Shown here: positions 25,819 through 39,946 of the stretch, piece after piece | Layout: the number at the start of each line of letters is the position of its first letter | Position numbering within the stretch: the stretch's first letter is position 1 | Origin: Octopus vulgaris | Taxonomy: Eukaryota | Assembly: GCA_951406725.2 (NCBI GenBank) | Contig: OX597814.1 | Coordinates: 59,458,001-59,522,000 of the forward strand | Direction of reading: 5' to 3' | DNA length: 64,000 nucleotides | Made by a program: the position numbers and the translations under genes | The notes under the pieces: model-generated | The model's input: the letters and a program-made list of their open reading frames with translations, nothing else | Told to the model about the DNA's origin: nothing | Databases searched by the model: none

Positions 25819-26994
25819 GAGACTTATGTGTGTGTGTTTGTGTGTGTGTGTATTCTTCGTCACAGTAAGTATACTCATCTTCTATAAACAAATACTTTAT
25901 TAGGTTGTAGCAATTTATAACGTGTACAGTTATTAACATCGTATTTAAATATATCCCATTTGCTAGACTGTCGGTGTCTGATAGACTAGATTGCTTATTA
26001 TTACTTATTAATGTTGAAATACCACATTTTATAAAATAACTTATGTTTTCTATAACGTATCAAATAAATTTGTAGAATTTGTTTGACAATCTTTCATTAT
26101 GATAGAAATTTCATTAATGCTTTCGCTGTCTTTCTGTAGTAAAAAAATGTTTAAATAATAACACGGGAATTTGTTTCATTGTGGTACCTACTTCCCTTAT
26201 GTAATCGATTTCACTCAACAGTTAGTGATGTTCAATATCTAAACGTTGAACCTTTAAATTATACTTTCCATTTCTTTCCATACTTATGGCTGTCAAACAT
26301 GTTGCACACAAACACATATTGTATGAAATATAGATTTATATTGCACTACATAGATTTGTATTGATATTTGAAATGCTATTTATATTTGTGTTCGTTAGAC
26401 CCACGCAACAAGTATATTTTCTTCCGTTGAGCACAAAAAAGTAGCTGTCATATTTCGCTTCTTTCTTTCAGATTTTCAGTAGAGACAGAATACCCGGTGT
26501 AAAATTACGTAGTGGGAGCTATTATATTGTATACAATCTCGAACAAGTCTAAATATGTCCGTCTAATTCGTCAAAAATGTGAATGCGATGATAGTGTAGT
26601 GAACAGTGTAGTCACATTTTGGATAGAAAAGAAACGTATATATTTTAACAGAACACATGCTTTAGACTTCCTGTGGAAATCCTAAGTGTTATCTCAGCCT
26701 GAGATCAAATACTATGAGGAAAATGGCAGATGGATTTCTCCCCAATGATCAGTATTGGTGCGATGTTTGTATAGAACAAAGAATATCATTCACATGAAAT
26801 TGAAATATGACACAATATTTATTCGTGTTGTACATTTTTGCACATACAAGCACTTACCGATATGATGTATGCCGCATTCAGTAATTGAATATCTTTTACC
26901 CAATACAAATACCGCACTTAGTGCGGAATATGTGTTGATGATTCAGAGGACGCTCGCTTGTTATATACTACTTGATCTCTTCTTTTACACAGTG

Positions 26995-27189
26995 CCAAAC
27001 GCTTGCGTCAAGTTCCAAATCGTATTGAAGCAGTGGTGGAAGCTGAGGGTGGCTAATTTGAGTAGATTTGTCATATCCCAGTCATAATCAGCTGATGAGT
27101 TTAGAGTTCTTGAAAATAAAAGTTCGTGTGGGATATTGCATTTTCTCTTCCTTTATGCAAACTGTCGAATTTAGTTCCGGTACACTGTA
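26995..27189 (+). mobile_element. 3' end remnant of a Tc1/IS630-like transposon
   Basis: Frameshifted ACVKF/RIEAVVEAEGG*FE resembles a Tc1-type C-terminus. Ends ..GTACACTG|TA. Confidence 0.5.
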
Positions 27190-30100
27190 GTATCTGAACC
27201 ATCTGCTCTATACGTCGATTCTTCATGCCATTTACTAATGACAGGACAGCTAGCAATATTTCTCCTATTATATTTATGCTGCAATGCTTGTAGAAGACGA
27301 TATGTTTTATGGTTTTCAGTATTTGTTTGGTACTTGCATTTATATGACTTGTTTCCTCATCCAGCTTCTTATATCAGTTATGGCTGCTTACTAAGTATAT
27401 GAATTCATTGTTATAGCTAGATTCAATTTTCAAAATCTTACTGTAATATTGACGTTGAGTTATTTTTGTTTTTTAAATCAAATCATGTCATATCTTTTCC
27501 TTTTATGGTTAATTGTGGTTTTACTCCTGTATATAATACTGCATGTAGCTATTCTTCTCTATTTCTATCTTACTTTTATAGTGAATGAGCTAAGAAAACG
27601 AAATATTTCTGAGGCGTCGAAGCTCCCCATACCTTCACCGGTAAGCCTTATTATACTTAAAATGTGCATTATATGTACATTATGTACATAATCTAGTAGG
27701 AATCATTTCAATATAATGTTTCTCAGTTTTCATAAATATGATAATATTGATCTGTATTATAGTTGCATACATGCCGAATTGTAGGCTTTGCCCGAGAAAC
27801 TTCCAGAGACTGGTGAATCATACTTCAGTATATGGAGCTGGATAATCCTACTTCTATCTTTATTATCGCAAATGTCCCACGATGGAAATATTAGACTTGC
27901 ATTCCATCACAATTGTTGCTGATTTCATACGTCAGCTAACGCAAATCTCTGCACTTATAATTTACATCTATTGCTATCCCCATGAGCGTTTACATCTACA
28001 TGAAAAGTAATTTTCAAACTTATTTTTGTGGTCCTTGAGTGTTAAATATGGCACATGATTTTAGGAGCTTAGAAAGATTGCCTGAGTTTCGCAGTAATTC
28101 AACATTTCGCCTCATACCCTAGTACGTTATATGTTTGAATGTCCAGTAGCCGGCATACAAGAGCATTTCAATCTAAAAATGTGTACCAGGTAAGTAAATA
28201 TACGCAGAGTAATATTATCATAAAATAAAACAAACGCTTACAAAGAAATGAGTTAGGATAGTAAATGAATTAGTTGTAACTGCATGTTATATGTTCGATG
28301 TTGATAATCACGTGTGTAGTTTACAAAACTTAATCAATGTAAAACCGTCAAAATATAAAAAAGAATTATTTTCAACGGATTAAATCTTTCATCGGATTAA
28401 ATCGCATACTAGTCGAGTATTATTTATACTAAAACGTTCTTGGTAGAATTGAATAGGTGTTGCAATTTACTGTAGAATTCATGTAAGTTTAATATATCTC
28501 TCTGCCATTAGAAACTTGACACAACGGAAAATTGTGAATACATTTGGTGATTTATAATATTCGTCTGACGCCTGGCAATGTCATATATCATATTGAGAAG
28601 TAAAATATAATTTCATGCACACATTATTTGGTTAACAAGAAGATTCTATTCAAAACATTTTCCTTCCGCTATATATGTTATATATAATTCAATATGTGTA
28701 AATGATATACCCATTCACACACAACAAAATCTCACATATATATATAGTTCATGTATACATGTGTATAAGAGAGCATGTTTCTGTGTTTGAGCTTATGTGT
28801 GCTTTTATGCCCCGAGTTGCATTGGTATATACAATATTTCATTATTTATAACATGTTGTGCATTGGTATGCTTCCAGTCATTCTTCGAAAATAATACATA
28901 CGTTGCATGTATGTATTTGTTTCATCGTTCAAACACACATACCTAAAATGAATTTGGAACAAAAAATTATTCAAGATGACAAAACGAAACTCTAGGAGCT
29001 AACTACAATTCCTATCAATTATTTTGAAACGTTCTCTATGAAATGCAGCATTTGCGTCACTGCACTGAAGGGTATGTTTTTGGTTTTCACAGCATGGCTT
29101 AAGTTTTTGTATATTATTCATATCTGATTGTAGCTTGAAGTTGCGGCTCCTTTCAAACAGTCTCTACTGAAAAAATATTTTTAAATATTTATTGAGAACT
29201 TATATCTATACCCTATTGTTTTCGAACGCAAAATTAAATTAAAATTATAAGCGAAAGAATGGGAATGAATATTTCATTAATATCAAGAAGTCTACCGAAG
29301 TGAAATGCACTGAATGCTCTGAAATTCTAAATGACTTGGAATTCTCCTATTAGTTGGAAGATGTAAACGTAAACTAAGTAGAAGTTATTAGTAAATTCCC
29401 AAAGTGAAGATGAAATAATTTCATGAAATTTTGAAATAGTTGCAAGCTTGGTTAAAAACACGAGTTAACCTTGTTAAAAGTATTGGAAACCAACGTACAT
29501 AGCAGGCTTCATTATATCTGATCAGAAGAGAATACACTACATGGTCTTCAAGCAGCTTTACAAACGATGACGTTTACAAATGATGAAAATTTAGTGCTAT
29601 TAGAGGTTATAGTGACACACTTACTAAAATTCAAAAAGTGTAGTAGATTTTGTTGAGATAGAGTATCGGTCAGTTCGCTGTGTTGTTACGGATGAGTACC
29701 CTTTGACAGGTAATATATTTATAAAGTATTTACTCTATAAGTTCTAAACTTTAATTGACAATGAATGCCAGAACGGCGGAGGAAGTTCGCAGTTGTAGAT
29801 ATTAGCAGCGCTATATAATTTAAAGTTGATTTCGTTAAGTTTCCTGATGATTTATTTAAATCTTCCTGTGGTTGCGGCTGATATAATGTTGTTTGTATCT
29901 AGCACGAACAAGATTAAACGGATTGCTCGGCAACGTTTTTGTGATGCAATGGGTTAAATGATTCGCTAATGTCTGAGTAATTAAATATAATTCAGAACAT
30001 ATTTCTACATAATATATATTTTTACACGAATATGAGCCGTGAAATACAATTGTTATTCTATTTAGATTTATAGAGAAGTAACAATTCCAAATTATTGATA

Positions 30101-30590
30101 TCACATTTGCTAGAATTCATTTACTATGTACATATCACTTTATTCACCTTACATTTCCAAGCATGTCCTTTCCACACATTTCGATCACATCCAAGAACAT
30201 TGATTTCAAAGGAGAATTTCTACCTACTAAATACGATTTGACTGGCATTTTCATGACTTATTCATACATATAATTCGACATGAAATAATTTTATAATGAT
30301 CACATTTATATTTTTAGAACATAATATTCAGTAACTTGACAAGTAGGTGGCCCCGTAGACACAAGCAAAATATGCGCTTCTCTTTCAGTTTTTCTCTTTT
30401 ATTTTTGCATAAACATACATTTACCAACGTGTGTTGATATATATACACCTATATATATGTGTGCGTGATTGCATATGCTTGTGTGTGTTCGTGTTCGTGT
30501 GCATGTGTTTCTATATGTGTTTATGTGTTTATATTTGTATGTACGTATATAAGTAAGTGCATAGGCAAACGTATATATAAATTGTGTGTG

Positions 30591-30665
<75 letters not shown>

Positions 30666-30720
30666 TTTAGATTTGTTTTGCAACATTCTTTATATGAGTT
30701 CGTGTGTTGAAGCATATTTT

Positions 30721-31000
30721 GTTGTGTCTGGGGAGAGTTATTTTCTTTCAGTGCCTAATTATTTAACACACTCACCGGTAAAATTTCCACTTATTTCTTT
30801 TTTTATTTTCTAAAATTTTTTCATTGCATCTTGCGATCTTTTTCAATAGTTTTGACTCTTGCAATAGTCAAGACTATTGAAAAGGTTGCAAGACGCAATG
30901 AAAATTTTTGAAAATAAAAATAAGAAATAAGTGGAAATTTTACCGGTGAGTGAGTTAAATAATAAGGCACTAAAAGAGAATGGCTCTCCCCAGACACAAC
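30721..31000. repeat. Fold-back inverted repeat with ~135-bp arms between (TA)n tracts
   Basis: GTTGTGTCTGGGGAGAG..TTTTCAATAGTTTTGAC pairs with GTCAAGACTATTGAAAA..CTCTCCCCAGACACAAC. Confidence 0.9.
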
Positions 31001-31001
31001 A

Positions 31002-31084
<83 letters not shown>

Positions 31085-31173
31085 TATGTATATGTATGTA
31101 TGTATGAAAACATGTTTGAAGATTTCCATATTTTAAATATTAAGAAAAGAGAGGTAGTCAGAATTCTGGATAA

Positions 31174-31218
31174 TTATTAGCGATTTCATCTCGTTCGTTT
31201 GCGAGACTAATGAGAAAT
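31174..31218 (-). ncRNA. Decayed hammerhead motif
   Basis: Minus strand: CTCATTA-GTCTCG-CAAACGAA-CGAGAT-GAAA-TCGC-TA. Stem II is intact but the core has two substitutions. Downstream flank resembles 14704-14735. Confidence 0.4.
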
Positions 31219-31359
31219 GATTTATAGAGAATTTCGTGCCCCACATAAATTTGAAAGAAAATTTTGTGTTATCTAAATGTGCCTGTATATATACACACGT
31301 GCGTATATATGTGCACATAACTATGTTTGTTCATGTATATATATATATATGAAAGCATG

Positions 31360-31423
<64 letters not shown>

Positions 31424-32619
31424 CGTGCGTGAGGTGATTTTTCAGAGGTTTGGTTAGGAAGAGGAAGGAAACAGACAGAAAGAAAAAAATAAGACATGTA
31501 TGGCTTTTATTATATTTTTATGATCAGTTGTTTCACAGTTGTTAAGAGTGAATTATAATTTCATGATAACAACTACTAAAGTGGTTGCAAGAAGCAATAA
31601 AAAATTTAGTAAAAAAATAAATAAGTAAAAAATTTGTCTTAGTCATTGTTTTTAAGGCATGTGTTACGTGTGCGAGTGGGGGAATTTTTTAGTTAGACAC
31701 TAATCTAAACCTCAGTTGGAGCTCATTGTTATGCAAGCAAATGGTTTATTGAAAGAGAAGCACAGAGAAGGGAAACTTTGAATTTTATCGCTACTTATAT
31801 GATGATGAGTTTTAAAAATTGAAGATATGTGCCTCTGGTATGGCATCAATGTTTAGAACAACTTATATATGTAGCAAACATTTTCAAGAATGATATATAT
31901 GAAGTGATTACATGGCAAATGAATATTTGAAAGTAATTCCCTTTGTTGGATCCATCAATTGCAAAGCAAATATTGATATCTTAGAAATTAAACTAGTTTC
32001 ACAAATCTCACTAAACTTTTCTGCTGCTTAGTTTGTCAGATTTGGATATGTGCGCACTGGGTAAGAGATAATTCTCTTATTGTTAACGTCGCCTTCTTTG
32101 ATATGTTGATGTGACTTTATGTTTTGTTTCTCTGTATTCACTGCATTGTATTGAACAAAATGGTTATGCGACCCGCGCTCGTCATTCTCTATTATCTGGT
32201 CTGCTGGGAAAAAAAGGTTGTGACCCGTGGTTTAGAGTAAATAAAAGCATGAAAGAGGGAGAAAAAGAAAGTATGGACAGGGAGAAGGACATAGAAAAAA
32301 GGAAGAGGAAAGAACCGAAAACGAAAGGGGGTGACAAGCATTTGGACACATAGCTTTTATCTTTTCTTTACTATCTTTTACGTGTTTCAGTCGTTTGAAT
32401 GCGGCCATGCTGGGGCTCCGCCTTCAAGGATTTTAGTCGAACAAATCGACCTTAGAACATATTTTACAAACTAGCATTTATTATATCGGTCTTTTTCGCA
32501 AAACCGCTAAGTTACGGAGACGTAAGCACACCAGCACTCCTTGTTAAGCGGTGGTGGATTGACGAACACAGACGCAAAGATACACAAGCACATTTACACA
32601 CACATACATATATATATAA

Positions 32620-33880
32620 ATATATATATCCATTATTAGGCACAGTTTCCGAATTCCCGTAAGTGAAAACAAAACCCTTTTCATGAAGAAAAAATGCTTT
32701 ACAAACAATGAAACTCGACAATCCAAGCATCCCAAAAGAAGCCGATAAGAGTGGGGCAATAATGATTATCAACAAAACTATATAAAGACAAAATATTGGA
32801 ACATCTAACAGTCCAAAAGGAAGGTGGCAATGTGACTTGAGAAAGCACTAGTAATTTGAAATTCCACAAGACGTCTGCAGAATATATGCAATAAAAAATA
32901 TCAGAGGATGGTGTCAGACAATTATCTTTATTGCTTAGTTTACAATTGTTTTATCGATTATCCTTAAATCATACTTGCGCCAAATCGTTTCGTTGACGAC
33001 AATTATTAATTTGTCTCCACACATTTCCATCACACTGAACGGCGGAAATAAGATGTCTGAAGGCCGCAAAAAGCAATATACTGATCATGTTTGCAATATC
33101 ACAAAATCTACAATTATAGCCCTTCAAAGTTTATGATGACGATGGACTAAATTTATTTAAGAGAAATACAGGAAGAAAAGAAATAAATTAAAAAGAAGAG
33201 AAGGACTTTACAAGATAATTAGTCCCGCATCAATTTGACAATCAGATTTATCAAAACAAATTTGTTTTAAGCTGAATCGTCTTCCATGAATAAAATAGTT
33301 AAGAGGTCGGTTTGGGCAATCGGTTATTTTGAGACACTCAGTGAGGTATTCTAAGTCTTGAGATGATTGATTTCGGAAGTATTGTTGTTGCGGTGGTTGG
33401 ATTGGGGGTTGGGGTAAATTTAGTGTAGTTATTGCTGGATTGGGCTGGTGAAAACTACTTATTACTGACTGAGATGTTAGTAAAGATAGTAATGACAGAA
33501 GTACCAGTAGATGACGTCATGTAGCAGTGGTATCATTGTAAGAGTTAAACGTTCAGTCATATGGGAGATTATTGGCCAGGAGAAACACAACTAAGAATGT
33601 TGTTAGTATGATGCGATCCATTAACTCTGTGTAACTCAAGAATCTCGGCGAATATATTTATTGCACTGCTTACGGGATGACAAACTAATTCATTATATTT
33701 ATAATTCTTAACTCTAGTAACGTGTGTATTGAAAGGATTAGGAAGCGATTACAAAAATTTGTAAGGAAAATGTGTACTAGGAATTACTATATAGAATAAT
33801 TTTGCTTACTTCCTCGATGTTACTGTAGATGTAAACTCTGGGTTGTTCTACGCATACAGCAAGCCAGATAGTAATATTGA
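32620..33880 (+). pseudogene. Highly decayed PLE fragments
   Basis: Scattered motifs KEADKSGAIMII (~32735), YDDDGL (~33132) and FLDVTVDVNSGLFYAYSKPDSN (~33810). Confidence 0.5.
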
Positions 33881-34250
33881 TTTCAAATATTGGCACGAGG
33901 CCAGCAAGTTCAGGGACGGGGCTAGTAGATTACATCGACTCCAGTACTGAACTGGTACTTAATTTATCGAACCCGAAATGATGAATGTCGAACTTGGAGG
34001 TATTTGAACGATAAAAGTAAAGACGGATGATAAAGACTCATCAACAGTGCGTATGACGTCATCATCACTGCGATACTGGTTCACAGCCAAGTGTTTTACT
34101 CGTGTTGAAGAACACGTAATAGTCAGATTTGGCCAAATCAGGAGAAAAGTGAGGAGGAACAACCAGTTATAAGCCACAGTAACGCACAGCAACCATTGGA
34201 ACCAGAATAGAGTCATCAGATTTTCTGGGTGTCTGATCTTGATAGCCTTT

Positions 34251-35430
34251 CAACTAAGTTCCCGCTGTTTTTTTTTATTTTAGAATTTATTGCGTTTTTA
34301 AATTTTGGAATCTATTTTTTTCGAGAATTCTATTTTGAATAATTTTGGAATCTATTTTTTTTTCTAGTTTGTTTTAGTTAATTTTTGTTTATTTTCAGAT
34401 CATTAATCAAGGCTCTAAGTCCGCAAAAGCTGCTTGCAACATGTATGCTGTCTATGGAGATGGGTGCCATAGCTGAAAGAACCGCTCGTGATTGGTATAC
34501 CAAGTTCAAAAAGTGAAAATTTTGACCCGAAAGACGCACCTTGTTCTGGCCGTCCAGTTGAGTTCGACAAGGTAACTGGCAGAGAAAATGGAATGCTACC
34601 ACACTGCTATAGAGAAGTATAATTACTCGATGCGAAAGGTTCAGAAGTATGGTGCATGGATTCCGCATGCTTTCAGTGACAACAAAATCAACGAACTACA
34701 ATCTCCGTTGGTTTGCTTGCTCGTCACCGCTCGACTCATGGATACAAACAACGATTTCTTTACCAAATCGTTACTGGCGACGAAAAATGGTGCATGTACA
34801 TGAATATGAAGCAGCGTGAGTAATGGCTTAGCCCCGGTAAACAAGCGACACCGCGCGTGAAACAAGATTTTCATACGCGTAAAACGATGTTGTGCGTATG
34901 GTGAGACTGGGAATGGATTATCCATTACGTATTGCTTGAATGGAACCAAATGGTCAACGCAGAACTCTATGTTCAACAGATGGAACAACTCAACACGGCT
35001 ATCCAAGAGAAAAGTCCTAATAGTTAAGGTCTTTTCTGGACTTCTTCTACTGCACGACAACGCCCGCCTTCATATCGCCAATATGACCAAGGAAGCTATT
35101 CAAACGCACAGCTGGGAAGTGCTGTCACACCTGCCGTAATCTACTGATTTGGCAACAACTGATTTCCACCTTTTTCCATCTCTTTCAAATGCTATGCGCG
35201 AAGTTTCTTTCAATACTGATTCAGAATTGAGAGCTTGGTTGGATCAATTTTTCGAGTCGAAATCGGGTGATTTCTACCAAAGATGTACTGAAAATCTTGT
35301 TGAACGTTGGGAAGAAGTTGTAAGCAACAAGGGTGAATACATTATTGATTAATTAGTTGCTATTTTTTATTAAATCTTTTTAAAAAAATTAAATCTAAAA
35401 ACACGGCGGTAACTTATTTGCCAACCCAAT
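34251..35430 (+). mobile_element. Mariner (DD34D-type) transposon, pseudogenised
   Basis: YGAWIPH (WVPHEL-like), TGDEKW, LLHDNARLH and DLATTDFHLF. 3' TIR GGCGGTAACTTATTTGCCAACCCAA|TA and partial 5' TIR CAACTAAGTTCCCGC. Confidence 0.88.
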
Positions 35431-35986
35431 ATTTTCATTTTTAAACAAAATAAAAACTCTAAATGTTCTAAAATATTTTGTTAACATGTTTCTGTTAATA
35501 ATGTTTATGGTAAAGTTATAAGTTCAAATTCACATTAAGTTTTAAATCCATATTTTGCTATATTGTGAGGAACATTAAAAATAGGTTTATATTCGTTACA
35601 AGCTTTCATATACCTGACCTATGAGAAGCATTGTTATGAATTCCTAAATATGTTTTCTTCTTTCCTCAGCTCTAAAACGCATGTTCGAACTAATTTCTTT
35701 ATTTTTAATATAAATTAACTTGAGAAATATCAATAAGATTATAACTAAAATGTATTAATATTAATATTTTAATAAATATCTTACTATATGGAATTTAAAT
35801 GAGTGCGTTATAAATGTCTCATTTGCCATACCACTGAGCTTTTTCATGTACATAATTTAGGGACAATAACGTCTGTCATATAACGATTACTAATTGTATC
35901 TACACTGAAGATATTTAATTCCTAAGGCAATGGGTTTTTGTTCCTAAACTGCTTATTAACTTTGGGTAAGCAAAATTATACTTAAA

Positions 35987-36230
35987 TAAATGCACCCTTT
36001 TAAAGCCTAGCCAGGCTCATGAGCCCGATTTCCCGGTTTCAATGGCGTATGTGTTCCTCAGCTGGACGGGACGCCAGTCCGTCGCAATGATACTTATTTT
36101 TGCCAGCTGAGTGGACTGGAGCAACGTGAAATGATGCTCAAGAACACAACGCGTCGCCTGGTCCAGGAATCGAAATCACAATCTTATGATCATGATGCTG
36201 ACACCCTAACCACTAAGCCACGCGTCTCCA
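35987..36230 (-). mobile_element. tRNA-derived SINE with V-domain-like motif and 16-bp TSD
   Basis: Head GGAGACGCGTGGCTTAGTGGTTAGGG and internal TGCGACGGACTGGCGTCCCGTCCAG. Flanked by CAAAATTATRCTTAAA at 35971-35986 and 36231-36246. Confidence 0.8.
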
Positions 36231-39200
36231 CAAAATTATGCTTAAAACTATTCAAGTTGTAAACATGTCTTTTTCTTCGGTTATTGTGCATTCACGACTA
36301 CATTAGTCACAGTGGTTATTGTTTTGAAATTTTTGACTGTATTTTCAAGAAGTGATTGTAATGGTTTAGCAACAATAAAGAGTGTCGCATTAGCCTATGT
36401 TCGTTTAGTGTTATGTAGTTAATGCAGATGTTATAAATGATATATGTGCCGAAAGACACAATGCAAACCTCACTGGTCCTGCCACAGCCTTGTTGCCGTC
36501 GCAGACGTTCATATCACTTTGATAAAATCACTTCAATCTCAAACGAGTAATTCAATAACAAGCATTTACACGTAAATAATGCGAATTATTCTAGATATTA
36601 ATTAGTAAAAATGCAATCTAACCAGGAGTTCGTATATGAACATGACTACATGAATACATATTTAATGAAGCCGCCCATCCCTAACTTACTTGCCTGCGAG
36701 GATTCATATGCGTACCTGAAATTTAAATTGGAGTAACGTTAGAAGTGAACGTTTTTAGATGCCAGAGTTGTATAGCAGATCTAAGTATATATGTTTTAAG
36801 CTTTATATCAAGTTCTCTATGTAGGTAACATATGTAAATATAGTAAGTATCACCTTAGACTCAATATATGATAAAATCTTCGAATACATATCTTAAAAGT
36901 TATTCATGCAGAGGAAGGAGACACAACCACATCTATTGTATGGCCTTCAAGAATATTGTTGTTGGTGATTTATCTTCTTGTTATATATTGGTACAAGGCA
37001 GGATCGCAAGTATCGAGTTCAGTGTTCAATGTAAAGTCTCTAAGTATTACGAAAGAAAGTGCGGTGGATGCATCACGTGAAAGTGGACGATTGCGATACA
37101 ACGCACAATGGTCAAGAGAAGTCTAAACTATTTTAGAAGCGATTGGAGATACAAAAACCGCTTATAGTTTGGTAATATGGTTGAAAGCTTCTCTGCGATA
37201 TGAAAAACGAATATCATGATGAAGGCCTAATGGTATCACAGAGGAATAAGACAATGTCAATTACTGTCAATTTGTAACTCCGTCCTGGGTTTATTTGAAA
37301 GGATATACATTTCACATTAAATTTGTCTACTTAGGCTATTTAAAAAAAATTTTTAATAGAAACAGCTCTCCTTCCCACAAAATACAAGCATTTATATTCC
37401 ATTTTAAAAGACACATTTTCCTCGATTAAAAATCTTTCTGCTGCCCTTTTATATCAATCGGGTCATTAAACCTCTTCAAAAACTACTAAATTATATATTA
37501 AACGTATGAGTAGTGCTTTCAAATGATTTCGCAAACAAACTACACAGAGTTTAATATATGTGTATTTATTCTTCTTCTTAACGAGTTAAGATAATGTGAA
37601 AAATTATATTTACATACGAAGTAAATATATAAAAATCGCTTTTTGTTTCTCTCTTTGTATGTGTCATTATATTTCAATAAAGGTCAGTAAAAGGTTAATC
37701 ATATGAAAATAAAATGAAAGACGTTTCCATCATGTCTGCTTTGTGGTTCTATTTTCAGAAATATATTGAGAAACTATATTCACTTAAAATTTACTATTTT
37801 CTAACTTAAATAGCGCTTTTGTTAATGACTAATCTACATTTCATGTACTGTACCGCATCAATTACCTATTCTACAACATTAATTATTCACTGAAAACATT
37901 CCATCACTATGCCGTGCAGATGATGCAAAACAATCTTAAAATATTATTCATTATTCAAGCTTGTATATAGAGAAATGTCACAAATAATGAGAGATATTAA
38001 ACTTACTGAATCCATCCATTATGAAGTAATTTCAAATCTTGGTGAAGCACATACAGTAAACGAACATTAGATCGCACTGTTCTGGGAGTAATTTGGATAT
38101 CAGCGAGACTTTCAACACTACTATGGTAACTGTGTCGTCAGTAATGACGGCGGGAGCCTTCTTCTAAAACCATTAATTTCCTCTTCATTCTCAAACCTTT
38201 ATTGAGGATGTAGTTTCATTCTCTCTTCTAAGACTTCATCCGTCTTCTGTCTCATTTGCATGTCTTCCTTCAGTGTTATGCCTTATTGTGTCTAATATTC
38301 TGTTCCTGTCTTCGCTTCATTAGTTATATTTTGAGCTGTTGTGTGTCATCTCAAACAGGCTTCGCTCTCCCTTTCTCAGTTTCATTTTGTAACTTAGCTG
38401 TATGTCTAACTCCCTTTTGTCAAAGTCTTCTTGATCATTGCTCCTTACACTCATTCCATAGCCTAATTAATGTTCTCTCTCTAGTTCACTCTTGTTCATC
38501 AGTAGCAGTATTTACTCTTATTCTGTATCACTGTCTTTCTTGTTACCTTCATCTCCTAGCTCCATCTTGGCTTTGTTATGTGTTGTAGCCTCAAAGCTTG
38601 TACCTGCTGCCCTTGTATTTGCGCTTTTCGGGCAACACTCATATGTGCTCTGTATTCTTTTTTATAAGTTGCTCTACCTGTATGTTGTCTTGTGTTTCCT
38701 GTGTCTGCGCATTAAAACTTAACCGTCGTTCTGCTGCAGAAGAAATTGAAGAAAATACGTTATGAATTACGTAAAATTCTCAGTCGCCGTAGTGGTAAAT
38801 ATGAAATCAAAGTTAATATGATCCGTATTAAATATGGCAGCAACTTATCTCAAAGAACTGTTCGGGCTACAATGTCATCTATATATAAACTATTACATAT
38901 GCATATACACTATATCTATTTATATATACATCATCAAAATATATATACAATACGTATGTAATATTGAATGTACGCATTTATGTTCGTACGTATGTATGTA
39001 TGTATGTATGTATGTATGTATGTATGTATGTATGTATGTATGTATGTATGTATGTATGTATGTATGCATGTATGTATGTATGTGTGTTGGTATGCATGTA
39101 TGAATTAGAGGTTTTCCACTTTATAAATGCCAGCAAAATAGTATTTACAACAAAAATATGTAGGTAGTATTTGGGATATATGATATTATTCCATTTGACA

Positions 39201-39946
39201 GCTCGCGATACTTATATCATTTGAAATATGATTCGTTCTTTGTTGGCATGTATCGATACGTGCGTGGGCGAGCTGGACAGAGAAAGTGCAGGTACCAAAC
39301 ATCAATGAATTGCTCAATTATATTTGTGTACATGTATATTTAGCATGCCGGGCGAAATGCGTAGCTGTATTTCGTCTGCCAGTGAGTTCTGAGTTCAAAT
39401 TCCGCCGAGGTCGACTTTGCCTTTCATCCTTTCGGAGTCGATTAAATAAGTATCAGTTACGCACTGGGGTCGATAAAATCGAGTTAATCCCTTTGTCTGT
39501 CCTTGTGTGTCCCCTCTATCTTTAGCCCCTTGTGGGCAGTAAAGAAATATATATTTCTGTGCATGTATATATACAGAAGTGGCTGTGTGGTAAGAAGTTT
39601 GCTTCCCAACCACATGGTTCCGGATTCAGTCCCACTTCCTGGCATCTTAGGCAAGTATATTCTGCTATTGCCTCGGATGACCAGAGATTTGTGAGTGGGT
39701 TTGGTGGGCGGAAACCGAAAAGAAGCCCGTCGGATATATACGTGTGTGTATATTTGTGTGTGTGTGTTTGTCACCAACCATCGGTAGACAACCGATATTG
39801 GTGTGTTTACATCCCCGTAACACAGCAGTTCGGAAAAAAGAAACTGATAGAATAAGTACTAGAGTTACAAAGCATAAGTGTTTGGGTCGATTAATTCAGA
39901 TACCAACACGCTAAGAGGGACCATAAGTGTTTGGGTCGATTAGTTC

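Noticed and set aside
27800-27870. LPETG plus hydrophobic stretch resembling a sortase signal
   Set aside because: Eukaryotic context, no basic tail and no upstream ORF. Treated as chance.
28948-29071. Short ATG frame with an internal TAG (possible A-to-I recoding) ending at a GT donor
   Set aside because: No recognisable protein and no pairing structure. Purely speculative.
38090-38760. Purine-biased minus strand resembling a decayed coiled-coil ORF (Helitron N-terminus?)
   Set aside because: Too many stops and no diagnostic motif.
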